Part shown: one piece after another, positions 41,906 through 54,196 of the stretch
Layout of the letters: each line of letters opens with the position of its first letter
Numbering within the stretch: position 1 is the first letter of the stretch
DNA from: Octopus vulgaris
Lineage: Eukaryota
Direction: 5' to 3'
Length of the DNA: 64,000 bases
Assembly (NCBI GenBank): GCA_951406725.2
Contig: OX597824.1
Span: 57,908,001-57,972,000, forward strand
Notes under the pieces: model-generated
The model's input: only the letters and a program-made list of their open reading frames with translations
Database searches by the model: none
What the model was told of the DNA's origin: nothing
Made by a program: the position numbers and the translations under genes

Positions 41906-42222
41906 GTACTTATATACAAATGTACTTATATACAAATGTACGTAAGCACACACATAATTGTGTCTGTATGTTGGTTTAAGTATGAAGTAGAAACATCATG
42001 AAGGGCAAACCCACACTCGTACATGTATATGTATGTATACTTACATAACGAGTGTATGCTGATAAATTATCCAAGCGGGTGCCGCAAGAGCTCTCATGTA
42101 TAGTACAGTTACCGGCTAAACACTTTAAGAGATAAGAAGTACCAGGGTTTGTTTAGAGTGTATAATTAACAGTTAAAAACAATTTTGAAGATGTATCAGT
42201 TCACCTATTCTTTAAGATATAT

Positions 42223-42400
42223 ACGAGGGGATGCTCAAAAATTCTTGGCTTTAAGGGTATCGCGAAAGGCCTAATTGGAGGTCCAACCTTCCAAGTTCTT
42301 TTGCAGGGTATAGAAAAATTGTTGCAATAAATGTGTCAATCTGAGAGAGGAATATGTTGAATTAAGTCATAACTGATCCTCCTGTATTTCCTTTTATCGA
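42223..42400 (+). mobile_element. Mariner-derived non-autonomous fragment
   Basis: Begins ta-cgagggg like the mariner TIR at 34200. The other TIR was not found. Confidence 0.4.
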
Positions 42401-42416
42401 AATGTATGTATGTATA

Positions 42417-42492
<76 letters not shown>

Positions 42493-42572
42493 TATACATA
42501 TATGTATACATATACATATGTACATATGTATATGCAGTGCAGGAGTGTTTGTGTGGTAAGTAGCTTGCTTAC

Positions 42573-44810
42573 AGGTTGCTTCTGCGCATGTGCGAGTCAG
42601 TGTTGTGTTTGACACTGAAGCGGTGAAGACGTGCTTTTGATGCCGTCTTGAATTTAAAATTTTTGAAGCCCCATTGTAAGGTAAGATTCTATTTTCTGGG
42701 TCCAGTGGGAATTTTTGTTGAAAATTGTTTTTTACAGGCAGGAAGTCCTACTGGATTCAGAATTCTGATTCTGCAGACATGGGGCAAATATATTTTTCTC
42801 GATGAATTGTGAGAATTTTTTTTGGGGGGGGGGGGGGCGTATTCGTCTTCGATAATTAAGTGAATATTTTTCTCACCTAATTATGAGAATTGTATTGTGC
42901 TGTGAAGAACTTTAAGAATTGTGAAAACTGTTATATAGGGGAGTGTTTTGCCTCCGAAGTTTGAACAATTTTTACCAATTTTACACCAATTTTTGTGGAA
43001 GTTGTGTTCCAGTTGCGGCGTTCCGGGTTCAATTTAGGCCGGGAGTACCGAATGGCCAAAAGGTTTTTGCTGTGTTATTGACTTTCTTTTTAACTTTATT
43101 TGACTTTCTCCTTTTTTGTTCATTGTGACTTTCTTCTGATTTCTTTTTCTTCTCGCTTTTAAAGTTTTATTTTGAATATATTTAAAAAATATTTTTTTTA
43201 AATGACAAAGTTTTGGAATGGGAGATCATACCGCCTAAAAAGTGGTTAAAAGACCGTGAAGATAGGACGGTGGTGTTGAGAACCTACTCCAAGGCACTCG
43301 ACACGATCGCCCTGTTCGAAAAGACGGCAATTGAAAAGGAGTTGGCAGAGTATTTGCCAACAATTAAATTCATTTCCAGGGGTGTCAAATATGCAACGGT
43401 GTGGTTGCTATTTGACACCCCTGAAGAGGCTTGCAAATTTGCTAGTAAACCTCTGGAGGGTAAGGAAATTTTATTCCTGCCCACGTACCAAAAAAGAGAC
43501 TGACGAAAGCTTGGATTTGCGGGCTGCCACCCGGGAAAGAACCCGAGTGGATAGAGGAGACTATCCGCCGGGGTCTGGGTAGCAGCGAAACTAAGCTCCT
43601 TAATGTAAAAGTTCTTCCTGCGGCTGCTTGGGTTGGGTCAAAAGCAATTTTGACCCTTTTGGACCCAATCAGCCAATCTGGTTCTTCCAGATTTTTTGAA
43701 AATGGCCGGGTGCAGGTACCCGGTGATGCTTGAGGGTCGCCCCCCTAAGTGTCATCGGTGCTTGGAGTCCGGCCATATAAAGAAGAACTGTCCCCGGGAA
43801 CAAAATAGGATCCCGGAACAGTTAAGTGAAACCCCTGTAGAAGAGGGAATGATAACGGCCGAGGAAGCAGAGGACTCCTCAAACAGAGGCCGAAAGAGGA
43901 AGGTGAGCAACAATGGGTGCTCATCAAAGGATACTAGGATGAGGAGAGAAAGGCGAATCTTCCGGCCACGGAGGAGACGCACCCTCCCTCAGTTGAAAAG
44001 AAAGAAAAGAAAAAGAGGAAGAGAAACGGGACATTACCGGCTGTCGGTGACATAGCACCGGAATGTCCCGGAACTACGTCGGTTGGGGTTGTGCCACCGA
44101 CAGGAGAAGAAATACCGTTGGCGGGAACTGTGCCGCCAACGAAAGAATTGAATATCCCGCACCCGAGCAAAAACGAGGTATTGATCCTCTTCTATAAAGG
44201 CGGAGAGATTGAAAAGGTGATGGAAAAGCACCACAAGGGAGCACCTTTAGCCTTCACACAGGACCCCGAATGGCCTCCGCAGGTAGCTGTGGAGGCCGTG
44301 GCGTTCGACATGACGCTTGGGCTGAAGGAGCTCAATGAGGATTATAGCTTGGTCCCGGGCGACGCTAACTCGGAACTCGATTACGTTCTGAGGGAGGCGT
44401 GGTGGATGGTGGAGGGCGCGGGCACAAGTTATTTCGAGGACGAGTTAAATTGTGATACGACTTGAGGGGCCCCGACCGAGAGCTGGCGCATTCCTAAGGG
44501 AAGTGTAAGCCAGGTCTGGGAGGAGGGGCTTTGTGTATTGTATTTATATATGTAATTATTGAACTATGTTGTTATTAGTAATGGCCTGCTAAGTCCAAAA
44601 ATTGAAAAAATTGTAAGAGGTTTGATACCTCGTTTTGTGTTTGTTTTTAAAAGAACAAAGTTTTAGAGAAGCAGAAGTCGGCGGGCGCTTTTTGTCTTCT
44701 CCCATCCCCATCATCTTTCTTTCATTATCATTCACTTCATTAATGTCCTCGTCCAGCCCGCAAAGCTAACTTACTCTATGTACTGCCTTTATGGCAAATG
44801 TTATGAAATA
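42573..44810 (+). mobile_element. ORF1-only non-LTR retroelement (gag-like zinc knuckle, no RT) with 15-bp TSD
   Basis: TSD aagtagcttgcttac at 42558-42572 and 44811-44825. About 630 bp of 5' UTR, frameshifted ORF1 and a 3' end in aaataaa. Confidence 0.85.
43213..44465 (+). pseudogene. Frameshifted LINE ORF1 / gag-like protein (RRM-like region + CCHC knuckle + acidic/basic tail)
   Basis: EGRPPKCHRCLESGHIKKNCP matches CX2CX4HX4C. Upstream VWLLFDTPEEA and WICGLPP resemble ORF1 RRM strands. Split over ORFs 43213-43503, 43696-44055 and 44091-44465. Confidence 0.8.
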
Positions 44811-45348
44811 AAGTAGCTTGCTTACCAACCGCATGGTTCCGGGTTCAGTCCCGCTGTGTGGCACTTTGGGCAAGTGTCTTCTACTATAGCCTTGGGCCGA
44901 CCAAAGCTTTGTGAGTGGATTTGGTAGAGGGAAACTGAAAGAAGCCCGTCGTATATATATGTATATATGTGTGTGTGTGTGTGTGTTTGTGTGTCTGTGT
45001 TTCTCCCCCATTCGCTTGACAACCGATGCTGGTGAGTTTACATCCGCATAAATAGCCGTTCGGCAAAAGCGAACGATAGAATAAGTACTAGGCTTACAAA
45101 GAATAAATCCTGGGGTCGATTTGCTCGATTAAAGGCGGTGCTCCAGCATGGCCGCAATCAAATGACTGAAACAAGTAAAAGAGTAAAAGATTGATATATA
45201 TATATATATATATTGACAAAAAGATGTCCTTAGAATTTTGGAAAAAAATTTTTCCAAAAAGATTTTATTCAAAAATTCTGACAACTCTTTTTCTCAATAT
45301 TCAGTTTCTGCACATCACACCCAACACACCCTATACATACATACATAC

Positions 45349-45437
<89 letters not shown>

Positions 45438-45489
45438 CATGTATGTATGTATGTATGCATGCATGGATGGATGGATGGATGGATGGATG

Positions 45490-45640
45490 TATAAAGTGTA
45501 CAGAAAACAAAATATGAAGACAGGTGAGGAAACTACAAGCAGGAGTACTAGTTTGACGCCCGGGAAGATATTTTGAACCTACACTCTTTGACAGAAAGGG
45601 ATGAAAGAAAAAATGGAGGAAGAAAAACGGAGAGAGGATC
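45490..45640 (-). mobile_element. PLE 3' fragment homologous to 3200-3350 with a decayed HHR
   Basis: The minus strand ccctttctgtcaaagagtgtaggttcaaaa...gcgtcaaactagtactcctgcttgt aligns to cctttctgatgaagagtgtaggctcgaaa...gcgccaaactaatacacccgcttgt. Confidence 0.7.
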
Positions 45641-46295
45641 GGCATAGTGTACATTCCCTCAGGCTCTACAAAAATGTCGACGTCCAGTCCTTTCGCTCTA
45701 AAACGTGAACTCCTGGAAATCTCTCTCAGGGTCGTGTCTTTCCTGGTATGATTTTTACCGTTCTTCAAGGATGGAGGTGCTAGCAGGGTAATGGACACTG
45801 TTACTTGCTCCAGAGTGAACTGTATTAGACAAAAGAAAACAGACGCCAGGGCGACATGTGAGGGATATTTGCCTATTTGTCGTAAGGAGACTGATCATGT
45901 AGGTATACAAGTTTGCTGTAATTTATCACTAAAACCCTACCATATACATCAGTAGAATGGCATTCAACGCGATTCATTCTTTCCAAAGTTATCTTCTACT
46001 TCACCTTCCCCACCACTACATAACAACAACAATAGTACATAAAAAAACAATAAAGCTGCTCCCTGGTTACCTGACCCTTTTCCATGTTGCTGTGTGTAGT
46101 AGTGGCGCGCGCACACATTATTAGCCATTTGAAAAGACTATGAAAGTCTCGACCACGGTCGAACAATGATGATGATGATGATGTTGCTTTTCCCTAAGGT
46201 TATATGTTATATAGCCTAACCTTTACATTCCTCAGTTATCTACGTTTCGTGTCCAATGTCATTGTGTTGATAGGCACTAAAATTAGCAGATATAT

Positions 46296-46343
<48 letters not shown>

Positions 46344-46927
46344 ACAAGCACAAACAAACAAACAAGTATATGTACACACGAACGCATACGTATGTGTAGA
46401 TATATCAATAAACATGTATATTTGTGTATATACTTACGCTAGTATCTCAAATATATCATATAGTGTGCTGTAAGACTTCAGTTAATTGAGGTTATCTCTG
46501 CAATTAGAAGACAAAGTCTCCCACTTCTGGTGAGATGCGTCAAATCTAAGACAAATAAGGGAGATAACTGGTGAGAGCAACAGACAGGTTTTGATGTTCT
46601 TAAATCTCATCAACACGGCATATTCACCTCAGCGGGTAACATTGAAAAGTTATCAAGTGTGTGTGTATAGAAATAGGGATGCTCAGTATAAATATAAAAA
46701 ATAAGGATACATGAATGTATGTATGCATGTATGTGTGTATGAATGTGAGTGTGTGTGTACGTGTGAGTGTATATGTGTGTGTGTGTTCGTGTCTGCATGT
46801 GTGTGTGCGTGTCTGTCTATCTATAGGTGCAGGTGTGCCAGCGTGGTTAAAGTTTGTTCAGGAGCACAGGGTTCCGGGTTCCGGGTTCATTCCCACCGCG
46901 TGGCACCTTGGGCGTCTTCTAACAGAC

Positions 46928-47425
46928 TTCCGGACCCCAGTAATGAACACTTTTGCATACAGCCAATCGGAGCCCACTTTGACCTTGTTGTCAAGTAAAC
47001 AAACATACTCCACCAAGTAAACTTAAGACGAAGAACAGTGTTGTAAGTCGACCGATCGCCAAGTTATGCCTGATTTTAGATGGAGACAATTAGGTAGATT
47101 TGCATCTATACCTATTACCGGATTTCTATAGTGCCCCTTATGGTAAAGATGTGTTTGGAAGAAATGTGGGTAGAGGGGGATGTGCTAGCAGCCCTCTCCC
47201 CTTACTGCTTTACAGAGCAAACATCAACACAAATAACTACACAGAGGCAGCCATGGTTGAAACAAGAACAAGAACAAGCATTATTAGAAGAGAAAAGAAG
47301 CATGTTCATTCCTTACCCAAGTGACTTTATCTTACCGCCCATCACTTGTTATGCACTAATAAATTAGTTTGATAGTTGAGCTCTGATTGGCTGTATGCAA
47401 ATGATTTCATAACTGGGGTCCAGAA
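46928..47425. mobile_element. MITE-like element with ~46-bp imperfect TIRs
   Basis: ttccggaccccagtaatgaacacttttgcatacagccaatcggagc / gctctgattggctgtatgcaaatgatttcataactggggtccagaa. Confidence 0.75.
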
Positions 47426-47429
47426 TTTT

Positions 47430-47606
47430 CGTGGTGATCCCTGCTGTACTCTTTCGCCACAACTTTCTCTCACTCTTTCTTCTGTTGGCCTGCTCTCTTA
47501 GCCAGCAGGGTGGCGTCATTTGAAGGCTAAAACAATGCGAAGTGCATTGTGAACAACAATGTGTTGCAACATCTGATAGCCTGGTCGGTCACGGTGATCA
47601 CGGTGA
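47430..47606 (+). mobile_element. SINE family B body joined to a different 3' tail
   Basis: gtggtgatccctgctgtactctttcgccacaactttctctcactctttct matches family B, then diverges into ggcctgctc...cacggtgatcacggtgat. Confidence 0.65.
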
Positions 47607-47613
47607 TAAATAA

Positions 47614-47658
<45 letters not shown>

Positions 47659-47735
47659 TGCAGCGTGGAAGGTGTTTGTAAGCCATTTAAGAAACACACA
47701 AAAGCCGTTCGATTCACTTCAACATTTAAGTTTAA

Positions 47736-47785
47736 TTTGTCAAAATATTTTCGTCGCTAAAATCCGCAACCTGTTCACTGACAAA
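47736..47785 (-). ncRNA. Type I hammerhead ribozyme with variant G3:C8 core
   Basis: Minus strand: tttgtca-GTGAACA-g-gttgc(ggatttta)gcgac-GAAA-atat-TT-tgacaaa. 7-bp stem I, 5-bp stem II and palindromic stem III AATATT. Confidence 0.72.
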
Positions 47786-47801
47786 ATATCCGTGCTGCAT
47801 C

Positions 47802-47847
47802 TCAGTGAACAGGTCGCGGATTTTAGCGACGAAAATATTTTGACAAA
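47802..47847 (+). ncRNA. Second copy of the G3:C8 hammerhead, with stem I truncated by the inversion junction
   Basis: tca-GTGAACA-g-gtcgc(ggatttta)gcgac-GAAA-atat-TT-tga. Confidence 0.65.
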
Positions 47848-48127
47848 TTAAACTTAAATGTTGAAGTGAATCGAACGGCTTTTGTGTGTTTCTTAAATGG
47901 CTTACAAACACCTTCTACGCTGCAATTGTTTTCGTTCCAGCACACGATCTCAGATCAAATCACTTGCTATGCGAGTATATCTCCGTAATATATATATCCT
48001 TTTACATTTTTTATAATTGCATTAATTTCTATTTTTTATCTTTTTAACTTTTATTTTTTATCTTGTATCTATTACTTTGTATCTATTCTTTATTAATATT
48101 ATTTTTCTATTTTATTTTATATTTTTA

Positions 48128-48975
48128 TGCACACACGCACACACACACGCACGCATACATTCACGCACAACACATACACATACACGCACACACCATACAC
48201 ACACACAAAAACACATATATGCACATACATACACACACGTACATATACGCACACACACATAAATACATGCATACACATATACATACATACACACCCACAA
48301 ACATGCATGCGCGCACACGCACACACACATATACACGCACACACACATACACACGCACACACACATATATATGCACGCACACACACACATACACGCACGC
48401 ACACAGAGGCACAAACATACACGCACACGTACCCACACACATACACACATACAGGAATGCACATATGCTTCCACTCACACACAACTCCACGCACACTTAC
48501 ATACACACACGCACATACACACGCACACACATGCTCACACAAATACCTCCGCACGCACAACCACGCGCACATAGATGTACACATACGCACATACATGTAC
48601 ACATACGCGCATACATACATACACAAACGTGTACATACGCACGCATACGTATGAACGTACATATACTTCACACACACACACTACACACGCACCTAACACA
48701 CACATACATGCACACACACTCGTACGTACACGCACGTACATACATACAGACATGTATACACTCACACACATACACACGCACGCGCGCGCACACACACAGG
48801 AACGTACATATACCTCCCCTAACACACAATCCCACGCGCATACACATACATACACACACATACACACACGAGCATACATACACGCATACACACACGCATA
48901 CACACGCGCGCACACACGCACACATACGCACACATACGCACACACACTTACGAACACACGCAGCACACACACACC
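48128..48975. repeat. ~850-bp degenerate (CA/CG/TA) purine-pyrimidine tract
   Basis: Almost uninterrupted RY alternation. It is the source of the spurious His/Thr- and Cys/Val-rich ORFs. Confidence 0.9.
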
Positions 48976-49002
48976 CTTCAGACTGCCTCTTCCTACAACA
49001 TT

Positions 49003-49329
49003 TAAAAGACTCCGCCGGTTACGACGACGAGGGTACCAGCTGATACGATCAACGGAACAGCTTGCTCGTGAAATTAACGTGCAAATGGCTGAGCATTCCA
49101 CAGACACGTGTACCCTTAACGTAGTTCTCGGGGATAATCAGCGTGACACAGAGAGTGACAAGGCTGACCCTTTGAAATACAAGTACAACTCATTTTTGCC
49201 AGCTGAGTGGACTGGAGCAACGTGAAATAAAGTGTCTTGCTCAAGGACACAACGCGTCGCCGGGAATCGAACTCACAACCTTACGATCATGAGCCGAATA
49301 CCCTAACCACTAAGCCACGCGCCCTCACC
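49003..49329 (-). mobile_element. tRNA-derived SINE with a CORE-like central domain and the family B 3' tail; 11-bp TSD
   Basis: Head gggcgcgtggcttagtggtt...gagttcgattccc, centre gtgtccttgagcaagacactt, tail shared with 32438-32831. TSD cctacaacatt at 48992-49002 and 49330-49340. Confidence 0.9.
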
Positions 49330-49592
49330 CCTACAACATTAATAGATACAAAGATCACTCACACGTACACATATAAACAGTTAACACTACACACAACGCA
49401 CACGTTTCCGCGCGCACACAGTTACCACCACCCGCATACACACACGCATTCAGTTACTGCCACACACACACGCACATATATACACATACATTCTATCAAA
49501 TACGCGCACCAACACACACACACAGATACCTCCTCTTACACTCTCCTGTCTTAGAAAGCACTTTTTCCCTGTCTATCGCCTTTTGGTCATTC

Positions 49593-49800
49593 CATGTGGA
49601 TTATTGGCGATTTTTTTCTCCATCTTCCTTTTCTCTTGGACTTTCCTCGGTCTCCTGTTTCTGAAGAAGAGCCTTGCTCGAAAAGCAAAACAGCCTTTCT
49701 TTCCTTCCCTGAGCGTCTTATTAATACTTTGAATGTACCACTCCTCGCGTTGCTGCTTTTTCTTGTATTTTTCTCCGTTGTTTCATTTTTTAAATTATAT
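49593..49800 (+). mobile_element. PLE 3' fragment with an HHR at 49655-49693 (stem III mutated)
   Basis: ctgttt-CTGAAGA-a-gagc(ctt)gctc-GAAA-agca-aaacag. Homologous to 60476-60660. Confidence 0.75.
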
Positions 49801-49939
49801 ATATATGTATGTGTGTGTGTGTGTGTATAATTGAATAAGATAGAGTCAGCAAGAAGGTGTAAGGACAGACAGCTATTTTATAATCATTACACATGTTTAC
49901 ATACAACATAGATCTTCATATATACTGGATTTAAATTAC

Positions 49940-49972
<33 letters not shown>

Positions 49973-50522
49973 GGAGAGAGAGAGAGAGAGCGTGTGCGTT
50001 TGACGCCAACCACTACTTGGCAAGCAACGCTCGTTTGTAAACTAGCGGCTCGGCAAAAAGTGAACGTTAGAATAAAAACCAGGCTTAAAGATAAGTCCTG
50101 GTGTTTGTTTGACCCTTCAAGACATTGCCCCCGGTTTCGCTACTGTACAAGAGACTAAAATAAGTAAAAGAAAGGATTTTATATATATATATATATATAA
50201 TACACACACACACACACACACACACACTTACATATATAAACATTATTGAGCGCACACACTCAATGTATGTGTTTTTGTTTGTTCGCCGGTTCGCAGCAAT
50301 AAAGCACCTGAAGGACGAATCCGTTATTGCACTGCGTGTTAAAACTCCTGAAATCATAGGCAGGCATGACAGCGTATCTCAGATTCCATTCAGGAGCGAT
50401 GGAGACCGATATTTCGCCACTTTTGTGTCTTACCCACGTCACGTATCTGAATCGATACATACATACATACATACATACATACATACATACATACATACAT
50501 ACATACATACTTGTAAATATAC

Positions 50523-50635
<113 letters not shown>

Positions 50636-50729
50636 TATAGATGTATGGATATATACACACATATAAGCATACACCATGCATATATATAGATATAAATATA
50701 TATATGTGTGTATGTGTGATTGTGTGTGT

Positions 50730-50816
<87 letters not shown>

Positions 50817-52499
50817 AAACATAGTGGTGCTCATTATGAATATCAACAACATGAATGTGTGTGTGTGTTGCAGTGTATATATCATAAAAGTTTTGAAACT
50901 TCGAGAGAATGTGAAATGATTCATTTTTGGCAGTTGAACCCGAAGTTGAAAAGCTATAATTAATGTCTTTTAAATACTGAATTAAAATCCTTTTAAACTG
51001 AAATATCAACACTATGAGTAAACTGCCTAAGTTAGTGGAATTGGCTAACGATATATTACAATACATTTGATAATCTTTTATCCAGAACTCCCAAATAAAG
51101 AAGTCTCCAAAATTCGAAAATCCAGTGTGTGGGAGAAATGCAACAAATGGAATATTACTGAGAACCCTCCGAAAAGTTTTTAAACGGGAGTTGGGATTGT
51201 AACTGAGCCTGAAACGAAAGAGTAATAAGTGAAAATTAAGTGTAGCTGTTTTATGTACTTAAGATTGAAAGTGTAATGAACAGAGTTGTTGGAGTGGAAA
51301 GTGAGATATTTCCAGAATGGAATTGTTAAATAACGAGCAGAACTGGAGTAAGACCGAATTTATATAAGATTACGTTCAGAAATGTAAATGAACAACAGAT
51401 TTAAATTCGGTTCGCATAGGTAAGATGTTTCGTTTTATGAATGTAAATACGCAAGTATCGGAAGTCCCTAATAATTCCTTTGCGGCATATTTCCGATAAA
51501 GTATTACAAATTCTATTTCTAAACATAATTATTTAACTTTCCTCCATCTTTTAGAAATACTTTGGTTAGGTCAAAGCTAGCCCAATAGATCTATGATTAA
51601 AGATGTAAATCGTAACCATGGCATTTCTGCTTTAGATACAGTACAATCGGAACTATTTTATCCAGTGTGACCTTAAGCAATAATAATTCTCGTTTTGTTC
51701 TTGTTTCAGTCTAGTTCTGACATCCATAGCAAGACACAAAATTTACCGCACACACCGAAATAGTAATGGCGGAATCACTAATTAAATATACAAGATTGTA
51801 AATTGTTTCTAATTAAAACAATAATTGCATATTAATGCAAAGAACATTAAACCCTACCTAAGGATATGTTCGAGTGTGTGAGGCTTCGTACTGGGAAAAG
51901 GAATGTTATATTTTTTTCCCTCTCATCGTAGAGTTATTTCTAGTTAGCTTTTTTATTGTAACATGCATGAAATCATTTCAGCACTAACTATATAAACTAT
52001 AATATTTCATTATAATGCTTCTCTAAAACATTGGTGAATTTTATATCCAGTTTATACTCGTTGCTTAATCCTTTGCAGACCACAGAGAATTGACAAATGT
52101 TTAAAATTTGAACCCGCTGAGAGTTGGAAGGGAGAAATTTGATACAAAACTATACGTCACAACAAAGTAAAAATGTCGAAGAAATATACATACACGTTTA
52201 TATACAAATATATATACATTTATAAATACATATATGCACGCGCACACACACGCATGTTGACGCAGCTCTTTTTTGTCCTATTGTGTTCCTTTGGGTTCGA
52301 TTCTGTCCCACACTCTCATCCTCTCTTATGCATATGACAAGGCTCTTCATTCTGTCCAAAGCTCTTCGCCCATGCATCGTCCTCTGGCATCTTTTGCATT
52401 GCATGCCAAATTTGCATTAATTTCATAAACGGAGACCACGAAAATATCCTTCAGTGGAGCTCCAATCTTGTTTCATTTAACACTCGCTCAATTGTAGCC

Positions 52500-52870
52500 C
52501 TTACAGTCGCTCGAGATATTGGTCCTCACTATCTATCACGCAAGGTCGCTTTCCCTTCGCAAATGTGTCACTACACTCCATATTTAGCCCATCTTCTTAG
52601 AATGAGAAAACATTTCAGCCAATTACAGCTGTTGACTATCTTCGGGGATAAGTGAAACCTACAACGGTGTACTGCGCCCACATCTAGAATGGCACTATCG
52701 CTACTCACTGACAGTCTGGATCGCCTCCAGAGAAAAGCTTCTCGACTAAATGGTAACTAATCCCTAATGCGCATGGTCCACAGACATGCCGGTTCATCTC
52801 TGTCTTTTCTTTTGCTACTATAATGGTCCCTGATCCTCGGAGCTGACTGGTCCCATACTTGTTATGATGA
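52500..52870 (+). mobile_element. CR1/L2/Jockey-group LINE remnant (post-RT region)
   Basis: Pieces LLRMRKHFSQLQLLTIF, VKPTTVYCAHI, SLDRLQRKASRL, HRHAGSSL and YYNGP..SEL match the typical post-RT pattern. Confidence 0.65.
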
Positions 52871-53580
52871 TACGTGTGTATCGGGATGCACGTTGTGAGT
52901 GGCTAATAAGCCAAGGGTTTAACATGTAACAGCTGGTGTATAAAACATCGTTTAGTGACTGGCGGACGTGAACAAGTAAATCAAAAGTGAAATCTCTGGT
53001 TGAAGAGATCCTGTTTCTCTATTAGCGATGAAATTACTTCTTGAATGTTTAAATATTTCTATGTTACCTAACAGAGAGTTTACGCTGTTAACTACAGTAT
53101 TCCGTTTCACCTTACACCGTGTCCGTTTAGAAGAGCTGCCGGCAATTAAACATGTTTTAAATTTGTAATTAGATTTTAGTTTCATGGCGATATTATTTGA
53201 TTAACTTTCTCATTTTACATTTAATACTGCATTAAGTAAATGTTTTTACTATGTTGATGTTGGTGGGGGAATAACGGGAGAATTAGCCGAAGGCGGGACT
53301 TAATACCTTGTAATATTCAGTTCAGTCTCATCTGTTACTTTGACTTAAAGCTGTACAAGAGTGAGGGAGTTCGATAAAATGAGTACCAGTTAGATAAGTG
53401 GGCCTATATACCCATCCGTATTCACCAACGTAATACAGATAAAATGTACGGTGAGTACAGATAGAATCGGTGGTCTGTGTATTGATCAGAACAAATAATG
53501 AACGTTACTGTGAAAGAGGAGAAAGGCAAATTTAACACATCTTGCGTTCAGAAAGACTAATTTTAATTAGACATGGCTTG

Positions 53581-53700
53581 AAGTGACCAAATCTGGTCAC
53601 TCTTTAGGAGGGGAACCAAATGTACCGCTAGTCACTCTTCAAGGGGACCAAATATACCAGTGATCATTCTTCAAGGGGACCAAACATGTCTGGTGATTCT
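53581..53700 (+). repeat. Degenerate ~32-bp minisatellite (3-4 units)
   Basis: Recurring gtcactcttcaaggggaccaaat motif. Confidence 0.7.
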
Positions 53701-54086
53701 GTGAAATCAAAAACATTAAGCCACAGAACTAAGCTAGTATACACACACACAAACACATAATTATTTATAAATATACTACAAATTGAGGGAGTGAAGTAGA
53801 TAAAATCCAAGCTATATAGGTTTCTTGGATTTTACCTGTTCTACTCCCAAAGTTGCTAACCGTGAGTTATGTATAAAAACGTTTTTTAGCTTATTGAATT
53901 TCGATATGGGAAAAGCCTACAACCTTCGACGCTAATAAATTATAATTGTTCCTGAACATTGCTTTTTATACCTGCCACAGACTGCTCGAAACTTAAACTT
54001 TCTACACTTAGATCCTTGGATCTTATAATTGCATATCAATAATCTACATACATACACACACATATGTATGTATATATGTGCGTGTG

Positions 54087-54154
<68 letters not shown>

Positions 54155-54161
54155 TATACAT

Positions 54162-54196
<35 letters not shown>

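Larger units (their letters stand above)
42534..45190 (+). mobile_element. SINE family A interrupted by a 2.2-kb insertion
   Basis: Head gcaggagtg..gtgtggtaagtagcttgcttac at 42534-42572 resumes at 44811 as aagtagcttgcttaccaaccgcatggttccggg and runs to the gaaacaagtaaaagagtaaaaga tail. Confidence 0.92.
47654..47929. repeat. 128-bp near-perfect inverted repeat with a 20-bp spacer (Penelope-style fold-back insertion)
   Basis: 47654-47781 is the reverse complement of 47802-47929 with about 2 mismatches. The block is flanked by (TA)n. Confidence 0.95.

Noticed and set aside
48063-49225. 326-aa, 216-aa and other long His/Thr- or Cys/Val-rich ORFs
   Set aside because: They are translations of a degenerate (CA)n tract and a SINE, with no domain content.
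49250-49326. tRNA-like sequences (also 32438, 62281 and 18365-18425)
   Set aside because: They continue into SINE bodies and lack a complete cloverleaf acceptor stem, so they are SINE heads and not tRNA genes.
53581-53700. Short repeats with variable intervening bases, as a possible CRISPR-like array
   Set aside because: It is a degenerate minisatellite in eukaryotic DNA with no unique spacers and no cas genes.
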